In this document: positions 38,955-47,999 of the stretch, piece by piece
Layout: each line of letters starts with the position of its first letter
Numbering within the stretch: position 1 is the stretch's first letter
Assembly (NCBI GenBank): GCA_041740355.1
Contig: JBGSMD010000030.1
Coordinates: 96,001 to 160,000, forward strand
DNA from: Bdellovibrionota bacterium
GTDB taxonomy: Bacteria > Bdellovibrionota_C > UBA2361 > CALJRW01
Length of the DNA stretch: 64,000 nucleotides
Direction of reading: 5' to 3'
Made by a program: the position numbers and the translations under genes
The notes under the pieces: model-generated
What the model was told of the DNA's origin: nothing
Database searches by the model: none
Seen by the model: the letters and a program-made list of their open reading frames with translations, nothing else

Positions 38955-40622
38955 CTATTCTTTTAGATCGTTAGCAAAATCCTCTGAGAAATCCAATTCG
39001 TCAGCATCAATCGTAAAGTTACCAAAGAGATAAGGAGTCAATTGTTTATTGGCTCTTTGAACTCCATAGCTAGTAGGGAGGGAGTTCGTATCAAGTTTGT
39101 CGGGCACAATAAAGTTTACACGTATACTCGTATTATCCGTATTTCGACGTCCAGATATTCTGATATTTCCTATTTGTGAGGTAATCTTATCTTTCGTACT
39201 AATTTCAAGCGTTGCCTCACCAAGAATAGTAAAGTCGGAAGTGCTTTCTTGCGTTAGCAGTGTTTTTGTAAGAGTTACTCTTCTTAGTTGTGGCTCAGGA
39301 TTAGATGTGAGGGGAGGAGAGGCTTTAAATGTTAAATTTTGAATTTTACCTTGATTAAAATTAAGTGTGGCGTCAATGAAAACAGAGTTAACATCTTTAA
39401 AAACAACTACTTGATCTGGGAGGGTCTTTTTAGGTGTCACTATAAGTTTCGGAGCTACAATAATTGGTGCGATCGGGCGCTTGTTAGCTTGATATTTTTC
39501 ATAAATTAAATATCCAAAGATTCCCAAAGCAAGAAAAGGGAAAACGTAGAGGATAGTTACAAAATGATTCTTCTTACTTTTCTTCACAATCGTTCTTGTC
39601 ACATATGGGGAATGAACAAGTTTTTGTTTAGTAAGATCGATCACCTCGCTTTTATAGTTTTGAGCAAATGCTTTTGGTTTGTTACCAACAGCTTCATCTA
39701 CAGAATTTTTTAATTCGTACGTAGCTCGATTGTGATTATCTAGATGATTTGAGTTGTGAGAGAATGTTCCCACATCCTGAGTATTAATTTCAGCTAGGGC
39801 TTCGACCATTTCTAAACATGTTTGAAAGCGATCTTTGGGAGAGATTGTAATCGCGTGATTTATCCAAAGTGCAAGCTTTTCAGGACAGTCATTGCGGTAC
39901 ATTCGAGGATCGTATGGGTTGACTTGAGTTCGCTGTTGCATCTTAATAAAGATATTATCTCCGGGAAAAGGGTCGGTTCCTGTAACCATTTCATAGGCGA
40001 TAATGCCAAGGGCATAAATATCTGTTCTTTCGTCTACTTTTTGATATTGAATGTACTCTGGGGCGATGTAGTTGGTTGATCCAAGGAGTGCTCCTGTTTC
40101 GGTCATGCGAGAATTTTTATCGATCATCGAAATCCCAAAATCGGAAATTTTAACAACATTATCTTCCGTTATTAAAATATTTTCTGGCTTTAAATCTCGG
40201 TGAATAATTCCGTGTCGGTGAAGTGCCGCAGTGCCGGCACACATTTGAAAAAGATAATCGATGATCAGTTCAATTGACAGTTGCGAATTAATCATCATTT
40301 TATCTGCTAGATCTCCACCACGAATATACTCCATCGTATAACCAACTAGCGGATCTTCTTTGATAAATTCGTAAGCTCGAACTACGTTTTCATGAGATAC
40401 ATTTAGGGCGGCAATAACTTCATTATGAAATCGCTTCATAATGGTTTCGTCGTTGGAAATCTCGGGCTTTAATACTTTCAAAACAAATAGCTTCTCTTGT
40501 AAATCTTTATGGGAGCAAAGATAAACATCTCCCATGGCTCCTTGTCCAAGAGCTGAAATAATTTTATAACGCCCAGAAATCATAGTGCCTGGAGTTATGC
40601 CTGAGAAATTTAAGTCATTCAC
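38955..40622 (-). CDS. Hanks-type Ser/Thr protein kinase with one TM segment and an extracytoplasmic domain
   Basis: LGQGAMGDVY, HRDLKPEN, DFG, YIAPE and DIYALG motifs; TM TILYVFPFLALGIFGYLIY. Confidence 0.93.
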   Translation of the reverse strand: MNDLNFSGITPGTMISGRYKIISALGQGAMGDVYLCSHKDLQEKLFVLKVLKPEISNDETIMKRFHNEVIAALNVSHENVVRAYEFIKEDPLVGYTMEYIRGGDLADKMMINSQLSIELIIDYLFQMCAGTAALHRHGIIHRDLKPENILITEDNVVKISDFGISMIDKNSRMTETGALLGSTNYIAPEYIQYQKVDERTDIYALGIIAYEMVTGTDPFPGDNIFIKMQQRTQVNPYDPRMYRNDCPEKLALWINHAITISPKDRFQTCLEMVEALAEINTQDVGTFSHNSNHLDNHNRATYELKNSVDEAVGNKPKAFAQNYKSEVIDLTKQKLVHSPYVTRTIVKKSKKNHFVTILYVFPFLALGIFGYLIYEKYQANKRPIAPIIVAPKLIVTPKKTLPDQVVVFKDVNSVFIDATLNFNQGKIQNLTFKASPPLTSNPEPQLRRVTLTKTLLTQESTSDFTILGEATLEISTKDKITSQIGNIRISGRRNTDNTSIRVNFIVPDKLDTNSLPTSYGVQRANKQLTPYLFGNFTIDADELDFSEDFANDLKE

Positions 40623-40840
40623 TAGTCTATTTTCCTTATCTTTTTAACTGAACGAGGGCAATTTGTTTTACAGCCGATTGAAACTTAATTAGTTCATCGG
40701 TGCTTTCATTTTAAATCTTAAGCTTTAGGAAAATTTTGCTACTATCGGTTTATAACCCTTGGTAGCTAATTTGCAAGGAGATTTTCACTACTTACACCTA
40801 TTTTCCTAGCTAAAGCTTTGTCTTAAAACACCCTTGATTT

Positions 40841-40965
40841 GCCACCTTCGCCAAGGCTAAGGAGGCACGATGATTCAAGTTTGAATGCCTAAAGACATCA
40901 AATACAGTAAGCCCGACAGGAATTCCGAAAGAATTTTACGGAAATTACTTCTTGGGCTTACTTTA
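40841..40965. repeat. 30-nt REP-like unit (40841-40870) and an AGTAAGCCC..GGGCTTACT inverted-repeat element (40903-40965)
   Basis: GCCACC-TTCGCCAAGGCTAA-GGAGGC; second element carries the GGAAATTACTT core of the TATAG family. Confidence 0.7.
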
Positions 40966-40984
40966 TACTTTGAAATAGTCGTTT

Positions 40985-41899
40985 TTAATAGAGAAAAAAT
41001 TCAGCTTGTTGGAGATGAATTTCATCGGCACCCAAGATTTTATTTAACAAGCTAAGCTTACTGCCAAAAATCTTTTTGAATCTAGCTAACTTATCATCGC
41101 TATAAATCAATTTTGGTGTTTCATTTTTAGCAAGTGCCTCACCCTTTATTTCGTAAACGGCTCGAGCTGCGGCATAAATATCACCAATTTCATCGGCCAG
41201 CCCCAATTTAACTGCCTCACTTCCTAGGATTAGTCGACCGTCGGCGTATTTTTTTACCTCTTCCACAGGTAAATTTCGACCTTCAGCAACATCATTTAAG
41301 AATTGTTGGTAAATCTTATCAACAGTTCCTTGTAGGAACTCCCGATCCAAGTCTGTTAAAGCTCGAGTTGGATTGCCAACATCTTTTAACTGCCCACTTT
41401 TAATCGTTAAAAAATCAACTCCATACTTGTCGGTCAATTTATGGAAATTTGGAATTTGAACGATTACCCCAATCGACCCTGTCTGCGTTCCTGGTTGTAA
41501 GAATATCTTACTAGCTCCAAGTGCCGAATAAAGTCCACCGGAGGCAGCAACAGAACCCATTGATACTACAATCGGTTTAATTGATTTTAGTGTTTTGACT
41601 GCTGTGTAAATTTCTTGAGATGGTGCAACTGCGCCACCTGGGGAATCAATTCTTAGTACAATTCCGTCTACGCTGGAATCATTTGCTTGTTTATATAAGT
41701 CTTCAACAATGGCTTTAGAGTCCATGATTGGCCCCAGAAGTTCAACCACGGCAATCTTATGTTTGTTCGGTAACAGAGTAGAAGAGTCATTGTTACTAGC
41801 AATCTTACCAATTGTAGTGGCAATTAAAACTGGAATCAAAAAAATGAAAATAAACAAAACTGTGAGAAATTTTGTTAACCAAAGAAGATAAGCTTTCAT
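40985..41899 (-). CDS. sppA: Signal peptide peptidase SppA (36K type, S49)
   Basis: LRIDSPGG, SMGSVAASGG, TGSIGV and KSGQLKD motifs. Confidence 0.93.
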   Translation of the reverse strand: MKAYLLWLTKFLTVLFIFIFLIPVLIATTIGKIASNNDSSTLLPNKHKIAVVELLGPIMDSKAIVEDLYKQANDSSVDGIVLRIDSPGGAVAPSQEIYTAVKTLKSIKPIVVSMGSVAASGGLYSALGASKIFLQPGTQTGSIGVIVQIPNFHKLTDKYGVDFLTIKSGQLKDVGNPTRALTDLDREFLQGTVDKIYQQFLNDVAEGRNLPVEEVKKYADGRLILGSEAVKLGLADEIGDIYAAARAVYEIKGEALAKNETPKLIYSDDKLARFKKIFGSKLSLLNKILGADEIHLQQAEFFLY

Positions 41900-41901
41900 A
41901 T

Positions 41902-42306
41902 TTATTTATTAAGTATAGTTAAGAAGACAATTAAGAACATACAAAGGCCTGTAACACCATGAATTACCATTGGTAGTTTAGATTCCTTGCTTGGGTTGCG
42001 AACCAGTTTAATCATTAAAATACTGGCAACAAAAAGAATTATTGCTAGGGTAAGCTTCCCATGAAACCAACCTTGGGTCATATAAAAGCCGACGCCCTTA
42101 TAAATTAGTTGGTAAAGACCAGTTAATAATGTCAAAATTAATCCTGGCAACATCCATCCAAAAACAATTTTTTTGGACCAAGCTGATACACTGGCAAGTT
42201 GATTATTTTTAGAAGACAAGGCTATGATACGTGAAGAGATTAAGAGACTTCCCGTCCACATGATAAATCCGATAATGTGAAGAGCGATTGAAATTTTTAG
42301 TTCCAT
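41902..42306 (-). CDS. hemJ: HemJ/CopD-family membrane protein (putative protoporphyrinogen IX oxidase)
   Basis: ALHIIGFIMW and GWFHGKL motifs; four TM helices. Confidence 0.65.
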   Translation of the reverse strand: MELKISIALHIIGFIMWTGSLLISSRIIALSSKNNQLASVSAWSKKIVFGWMLPGLILTLLTGLYQLIYKGVGFYMTQGWFHGKLTLAIILFVASILMIKLVRNPSKESKLPMVIHGVTGLCMFLIVFLTILNK

Positions 42307-42341
42307 TAGTTTTTGTTAGTTAAATTCCCTGAGACAGTATC

Positions 42342-42632
42342 ATGAGAGATAAGATAATTGAAGAGTTAAAAAAAATTGAAGATCCTGATGTATTTTTAGA
42401 CATTTGGTTTCTGGGGTTAATTTACGAAATTGATTATCAAGAGGCTGATGAATCAGTAAAAATAATGATGACTTTTACTACGCCATTATGTCCTTCTGGT
42501 CCAGATTTAGTTCAACAGGTAAATGACCGTTTATTAGATTTGGATGGTATTTCACAAGTAGAGGTGATAGTTACCTTTGATCCAGCTTGGCAGGCGAGTG
42601 AGGATGTTAAGGCGCTGTTGGGATTAATCTGA
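42342..42632 (+). CDS. Metal-sulfur cluster assembly factor (DUF59/SufT-like)
   Basis: DP...DI..LGLIY, MTFTTPLCP and FDPAW motifs. Confidence 0.92.
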   Translation: MRDKIIEELKKIEDPDVFLDIWFLGLIYEIDYQEADESVKIMMTFTTPLCPSGPDLVQQVNDRLLDLDGISQVEVIVTFDPAWQASEDVKALLGLI

Positions 42633-42681
42633 AAAATTCATTTTATTGCACCCTTTTTTAGCTCTGAATCGGGAAGAAGTG

Positions 42682-43056
42682 TTATCGGAGTGAGTTCTGC
42701 TTTTTAAGGAAATCTTGAACATCACTGATTGATTTAAACCACGGATTGTCATTAATCCTTGCGATTGTAGATAGTCTATTCAGTAGTTCTTCACGACGCA
42801 AATCTCCCCGTGTTAAAATAATATTACCTTCAAGGGAAAAGGGTATGAATCCTAAGATCTTACGTTTAACTGTTGGAGGATCAAGAGTTGGAATTAGTTC
42901 ATAACCAGAGGAATCAAAGAAACTGTACTCGCCATTTTCTATATCTATAGCTTCATATTCTCGATGAAGGTTCTTTTCATCACTATGAACACTTAGGGTA
43001 TTGTCGTCTAGTAAAACAAATATCATTTTTTGAGTTAGAAAAAAGGAAGTCGTCAT
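42682..43056 (-). CDS. Hypothetical protein
   Basis: 124-aa ORF; EAIDIENGEY.FFD..G motif; no function recognised. Confidence 0.6.
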   Translation of the reverse strand: MTTSFFLTQKMIFVLLDDNTLSVHSDEKNLHREYEAIDIENGEYSFFDSSGYELIPTLDPPTVKRKILGFIPFSLEGNIILTRGDLRREELLNRLSTIARINDNPWFKSISDVQDFLKKQNSLR

Positions 43057-43275
43057 ATACTTGGATTTAATACTATAATATCAGGCTTTTACGGGCAATC
43101 AAGAATTCATAAAGTATTGTTTTATTCACACTCCGTCTTCGCTAGAAGATATAAGAGAGTAGGAAGTCATTTATGGGCTTTGGCGCGGGAAAGTCTAAGT
43201 ATTTTTTAGTTTGCTAGGCAAACATTTTTTGAAGACTTCCCTTTACTTAAAATTAAAATCTTGCTATTTTGCCAC

Positions 43276-43398
43276 CTGTATCAAGAGGGTGTGTTTCTGC
43301 ATTGCACATCCAGCAACCTTTATAATTTAAAGGTGCTCGCAGTAAGTCCTTCGTTACTAATTAAGTTTTTAGTGATTGGAGTTAGGATATTGATACGG
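43276..43398 (+). ncRNA. SAM riboswitch of the SAM-I clan, variant lacking the P2 kink-turn
   Basis: ATCAAGAG ... CAGCAACC ... GGTGC ... GAT core; P1 CTGTATCAA/TTGATACGG; P2 GGTGTG/CACATC; pseudoknot CTGC/GCAG; P4 TCCT/AGGA; upstream of a MetX-like gene. Confidence 0.8.
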
Positions 43399-43535
43399 TC
43401 ATCACGACAAAAATTAGGATCAAGCTCTCACTTCTCCTAACTAAATTCGTATACCGGTTAACAATATAAGCCTGCTTAAGACTGTTTTTCTAGTGTTTTT
43501 TTCTGTTTTCGCTCGTTTTTTAAGCAACTTCTTTC

Positions 43536-44834
43536 TTGATACATGTATTTAGTTTTTGTACGTGTATGTCTGTTGCTTCATCTTCTGCTGCTATCTTAGA
43601 GCCTACTACGGAAATTGGATCCGAACGGATCATTGATATTTCGCTTCATACAAATTCTGGACTTCGATTTGCTTCCGGCATGCAACAATCCTTTGTTGAA
43701 GATCGCTTCACCCTTCGTTCTGGACAAGTAGTTGCGGCAGAACTTAATTATCGACTCTATCACAACGAACAAGGGAATCCTTGGGAAAAAGAAATTGTTA
43801 TTGTTCATTCGGCATTAACTGGATCGGCGAAGGCATTTACAAAAGGTCCTGCAACTCAGGGTGATGGTTGGGCCAACATGATGAGCGATCTGCCAAAATT
43901 CAACTTAGATAAATACACCGTATTAGTAGCCGAACCACTAGCTGGTAATGCTCAAGGGTTAAGTAAAGAGCATTGTTGTTCGGGTCGGGATTTTCATTTT
44001 AAATACCCAGAAGTTCAAACAACTAGTTATGATGCCGTGGCACTAATCAGCAAATTATTACAGTCAAAAGGCTTGGATGAAGTTCATAATATTTCCTGTT
44101 TTTCTATGGGAGGCATTAATTTGCCAGCTTGGTTAGCTCAAGATGCGATCAAGGTACGAGAGATTGATAATCATTTTAGTAATTATCAACTTACTCCCGA
44201 AACTAGAGCATATTGGAAGATTCAACTGGATCTATTAACTGTGGGAGCAGAAGCGCCAAATTTTGCAAAAATTTCTGAGCGATTAGCCAAGAATTTTGGT
44301 TTTGAGCTAGAGAGCTTAGGAGATTTTGTGATTAATTCTCCATTTAATGCCTGTATCTATAGTTTAGCAGGTAGGGTTCAGCAGTTACAAAAAGTGTATG
44401 AAAGCTCAGATACAGCGGAATACTTAAATGAAGCCTTAAAGGTTGTTCGTGGGATTTCATTTTTAAGATTTCAGACTAGAGAGAACTATGATTGTCGTAA
44501 GACTGGAAGTTGTTTGGATTTCTTAGAGAGTCAAGGTGATAGTTTTCCAGCAAGAATGGATCCCTACAACTATGCTTCTTTGTTAAGACAGATGCTTGAT
44601 AAATCATTTGATACGCCTAAGCAATTACAAGCACTGAAGGAAGCAAAAGAAGATCGACCAGTAATTACATATATTATGTCAGGAAATGAATTATTATTTC
44701 CAAGACCATTTAATTGCCCAGAGGCAACTAGGCTGGCGGATCAAACTGTAGTCTTAAAAACTGAAGATTGGGGACATGATTTCTTTCTATCTCCACAGTA
44801 TTCTAGTACCTTGCGATCTTTTATGCGCAAATAA
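43536..44834 (+). CDS. Divergent homoserine O-acyltransferase (MetX)-like alpha/beta hydrolase; ATG 43566 is the likelier start
   Basis: FTLRSG, SALTGS, DGW, FSMGG nucleophile elbow, QGDSFPARMDP and GHDFFL motifs parallel MetX; SAM-type leader. Confidence 0.72.
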   Translation: MIHVFSFCTCMSVASSSAAILEPTTEIGSERIIDISLHTNSGLRFASGMQQSFVEDRFTLRSGQVVAAELNYRLYHNEQGNPWEKEIVIVHSALTGSAKAFTKGPATQGDGWANMMSDLPKFNLDKYTVLVAEPLAGNAQGLSKEHCCSGRDFHFKYPEVQTTSYDAVALISKLLQSKGLDEVHNISCFSMGGINLPAWLAQDAIKVREIDNHFSNYQLTPETRAYWKIQLDLLTVGAEAPNFAKISERLAKNFGFELESLGDFVINSPFNACIYSLAGRVQQLQKVYESSDTAEYLNEALKVVRGISFLRFQTRENYDCRKTGSCLDFLESQGDSFPARMDPYNYASLLRQMLDKSFDTPKQLQALKEAKEDRPVITYIMSGNELLFPRPFNCPEATRLADQTVVLKTEDWGHDFFLSPQYSSTLRSFMRK

Positions 44835-44960
44835 TTTCTTAGCAGTAGTTAATCGTTGTAACTAGGATTGTTTAGTATCTACGCTTTCAGTAAGGTATGC
44901 TCTAAGCCGTTCGGTATAAGCTAATCTGTTTTAGTAGGCACTCTCAAGAAAAAAGTTAAA

Positions 44961-45635
44961 ATGTTAGAAAGAATTTATCCCCTGTTAGAAAACGCCTTAT
45001 ACATTATTCCACCCCTATTGGTTGCAATGGTGTTGCATGAAGTTGCCCATGCCTATATTGCTTATCGATTGGGTGATCCAACTGCGAAGAATTTAAATCG
45101 GCTCAATTTAAATCCAATTGTACACATTGATCCAATCTGGACATTACTCGTTCCAGGATTATTAATTTTAAGTAGTTCTCCCTTTGTCTTTGGCGCTGCT
45201 AAGCCAGTTCCTGTTGATCCGAGATATTTTAAAGATCCACGACGGGGGATGATGTGGGTAGCGATTGCTGGACCAATTATCAATTTTATTCTCGCAATAA
45301 TTTCAGCATTGTTATTTTTCTTAGCAATTTTAGTAGTTCCGGAAGATTTCTATTTAGCGAAGTTAATCTTTACTTGGTTGGTATATAGCGTCATGATTAA
45401 TTTGGTTTTGGGGTTATTTAATTTACTTCCAATTCCACCACTTGATGGTGGTAGGATTATGGTTGGGATTTTACCCCTAAAACTTGCCATTAAATATGCT
45501 CAAATTGAACGCTTTGGATTTATTCTAGTGATAGCTTTAATCTATTTTAAAGTTCCAGAAATGTTCCTTGGACCTGTTCTAGATTGGGTTCAGAAGATGC
45601 TTTTTTTGATTGCTAGTAATGGAATTCCTGCTTAA
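44961..45635 (+). CDS. Site-2 protease family (M50) membrane metalloprotease
   Basis: HEVAH, GDPTA, AGP and NLLPIPPLDG motifs. Confidence 0.94.
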   Translation: MLERIYPLLENALYIIPPLLVAMVLHEVAHAYIAYRLGDPTAKNLNRLNLNPIVHIDPIWTLLVPGLLILSSSPFVFGAAKPVPVDPRYFKDPRRGMMWVAIAGPIINFILAIISALLFFLAILVVPEDFYLAKLIFTWLVYSVMINLVLGLFNLLPIPPLDGGRIMVGILPLKLAIKYAQIERFGFILVIALIYFKVPEMFLGPVLDWVQKMLFLIASNGIPA

Positions 45636-45701
45636 TCACAGGAATCGTTTCTCTCTTTTATTAGATGAAGTAGCATTAAGTCTCAAAACCTAATCAAGTT
45701 G

Positions 45702-45735
45702 TTGATTTATAAGCGAAAATTGCTAAACTGTATCG
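45702..45735 (+). promoter_or_regulatory. Putative promoter giving a leaderless ilvB transcript
   Basis: TTGATT-N16-TAAACT with extended TG; -10 ends 6 nt before ATG; no Shine-Dalgarno. Confidence 0.5.
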
Positions 45736-47424
45736 ATGTCAAAAATTTCAGGGTCTGAAGCCCTTATTAAATCATTATTAGCGGAAGATGTTAAAACTAT
45801 TTTCGGCTACCCAGGTGGTGCAATCATGCCAATTTATGATGCCCTTTATGACTATCAAGATCAAATTAAACATATTCTAGTCCGGCACGAACAAGCTGCT
45901 GCCCATGCGGCAGAAGGGTTTGCTCGAATGACAGGAACTCCGGGAGTATGTTTTGCAACATCCGGTCCTGGGGCTACAAATTTAGTTACCGGCATTGCTG
46001 ACGCTATGATGGATTCAGTGCCAATAGTTTGTATTACTGGACAAGTTGCTAGCAGTTCACTTGGAACGGATGCTTTTCAAGAAACAGATGTAATTGGAAT
46101 TACAATCCCAATTACAAAATGGAATTATCAAGTAAGCCGTGCTGCTGAAATTCCAGAAATTATTGCGAAAGCTTTTTACATAGCTAAGAGTGGACGACCT
46201 GGACCGGTTCTTGTTGATATCACTAAAGATGCTCAGTTTGAATTGATTGAGAATTTCTCTTATCAGCGAATGGAAAAGCATCCAACTTATTTTTTACCTC
46301 CTGCTCCAAAAGAGTCATTGCTAGCAGAAGCTGCCAAGCTAATTAATAGTGCTGAGCGACCACTGATTTTAGCAGGGCACGGAATCTTAATTTCTAAAGC
46401 AGAGAAAGCTTTAGTTGAATTTGCTGAGAAATCGGGCATTCCTGTTGCTTGTACATTACATGGACTGTCTTCATTTCCTACTGGTCATGCCAATTACGTT
46501 GGCATGCTTGGAATGCATGGAAATTACGGACCAAATTATCTGTGCAACGAAGCCGATGTAGTAATTGCCGTGGGAATGCGCTTTGACGATCGTGTTACAG
46601 GCAAAGTTGATTCTTACTTACCTAACTCTAAAATCATTCATATCGAGATTGATGTCGCCGAGATTGATAAAGTTAAAAGAGCAGAAATTGCGATTTGTGC
46701 TGATGCTAAAGTTGCCTTGGTTGGATTAACAAAGGTAGTCAACCAAAAAACTTATTCCACATGGATGCAGAAATTTAAAGCTTGTTATGAGGAAGAATAT
46801 AAAGAAGTAATTGGTGAAGCCGTCAATTATAAAGGGGACAAGCCTCGAATGGTTCAAACAATTCATATGCTGTCTGAGAAAACTGAAGGCAAGGCGGTAA
46901 TTGTAGGGGATGTTGGACAACATCAAATGATGGCCGCAAGATACTACCAGTATCAATTACCAGATAGTTGGATTACATCCGGTGGTCTTGGAACAATGGG
47001 CTTTGCTTTGCCAGCTGCGATGGGGGCAAAAGTTGCAACCGATCGAGAGGTCATTGCAATAATTGGTGACGGTTGCTTTCAAATGACAATTCAGGAATTA
47101 GCTACTTTAGCCCAAGATGATATTGCTGTGAAAGTAATAGTTCTTAATAATAATTTCCTAGGTATGGTTCGACAGTGGCAGGAATTATTTTTTCAGAAGC
47201 GATATTCTTTTGTAGAATTAAAAAATCCAAATTTTGTGATGGTTGCTGAAGGGATGGGAGTTACCGCTAGTAAAGTGACTGATAGCTCCCAATTGTCTGA
47301 AGCGCTAGATGTAATGCTTGCTCACAAAGGTCCGTACGTTCTAGAAGTTGTTGTAGAACGTGAAGATAATGTTTTTCCAATGGTGCCGGCTGGACAGGGA
47401 GTTCGGGATATTCGTTTAAAATAA
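45736..47424 (+). CDS. ilvB: Acetolactate synthase large subunit
   Basis: FGYPGGA, RHEQ, TSGPGATN, GMLGMHG, GMRFDDR, GDG..NN ThDP motif and GMVRQWQ. Confidence 0.97.
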   Translation: MSKISGSEALIKSLLAEDVKTIFGYPGGAIMPIYDALYDYQDQIKHILVRHEQAAAHAAEGFARMTGTPGVCFATSGPGATNLVTGIADAMMDSVPIVCITGQVASSSLGTDAFQETDVIGITIPITKWNYQVSRAAEIPEIIAKAFYIAKSGRPGPVLVDITKDAQFELIENFSYQRMEKHPTYFLPPAPKESLLAEAAKLINSAERPLILAGHGILISKAEKALVEFAEKSGIPVACTLHGLSSFPTGHANYVGMLGMHGNYGPNYLCNEADVVIAVGMRFDDRVTGKVDSYLPNSKIIHIEIDVAEIDKVKRAEIAICADAKVALVGLTKVVNQKTYSTWMQKFKACYEEEYKEVIGEAVNYKGDKPRMVQTIHMLSEKTEGKAVIVGDVGQHQMMAARYYQYQLPDSWITSGGLGTMGFALPAAMGAKVATDREVIAIIGDGCFQMTIQELATLAQDDIAVKVIVLNNNFLGMVRQWQELFFQKRYSFVELKNPNFVMVAEGMGVTASKVTDSSQLSEALDVMLAHKGPYVLEVVVEREDNVFPMVPAGQGVRDIRLK

Positions 47425-47436
47425 AAATATATTCTT

Positions 47437-47964
47437 ATGATGGAAAATACCAAAGACAGATTATTTACAATTTCTGCCTATACTGAAAATAGTCCTGGGG
47501 TACTGCAAAGAATTGCTACTTCTTTTACAAAAAGAAAAATTAACATTGAAACACTAACAGTCTCCGAAACATCGCAGCCAGGATTGTCTTTGTTCACAAT
47601 CACGGCTTATATCGATCCTAAAATTGTTCCAACAATTGTTAAGCAAATTGAAAGAATTATTGAAGTTCGCAAAGCATTTGCCTGTGATGACGAAAATCTA
47701 ATTTTTGTGGAAGTTGCTTTAATACGGGTCAATCGCAAGGAGCAGTCGGATTTGACTAAAGTTGAAGCTATTGCCAAAGCGCACGAAGCCCAGGTAGTTT
47801 ATAGTGATGAAGAAACAATAGTCGTCGAAACTTATGGGAAAGAGGCAGACACAAAAGCGATTTATAATGAACTTAAAGCCTTTGAGGTTTTACAGTTTGT
47901 AAGAAGTGGAAGAATTGCCCTTCGAAAAAAATATCAAAGCATTTACGTTAACGATAACGAATAA
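47437..47964 (+). CDS. ilvN: Acetolactate synthase small (regulatory) subunit
   Basis: ACT domain ENSPGVLQRI..F.KRKINI and VRSGRIAL; directly after ilvB. Confidence 0.92.
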   Translation: MMENTKDRLFTISAYTENSPGVLQRIATSFTKRKINIETLTVSETSQPGLSLFTITAYIDPKIVPTIVKQIERIIEVRKAFACDDENLIFVEVALIRVNRKEQSDLTKVEAIAKAHEAQVVYSDEETIVVETYGKEADTKAIYNELKAFEVLQFVRSGRIALRKKYQSIYVNDNE

Positions 47965-47999
47965 GTTGTCCGTTCTATTAATACTAAAATAAAAACCAC

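Noticed and set aside
40674-40700. Hairpin CCGAT..ATCGG upstream of the Ser/Thr kinase as a riboswitch
   Set aside because: Single short imperfect stem with no recognisable aptamer consensus
9143-40870. CRISPR array interpretation of the 30-nt repeats
   Set aside because: Copies are dispersed, variable and nested rather than regularly spaced, and no cas genes are present
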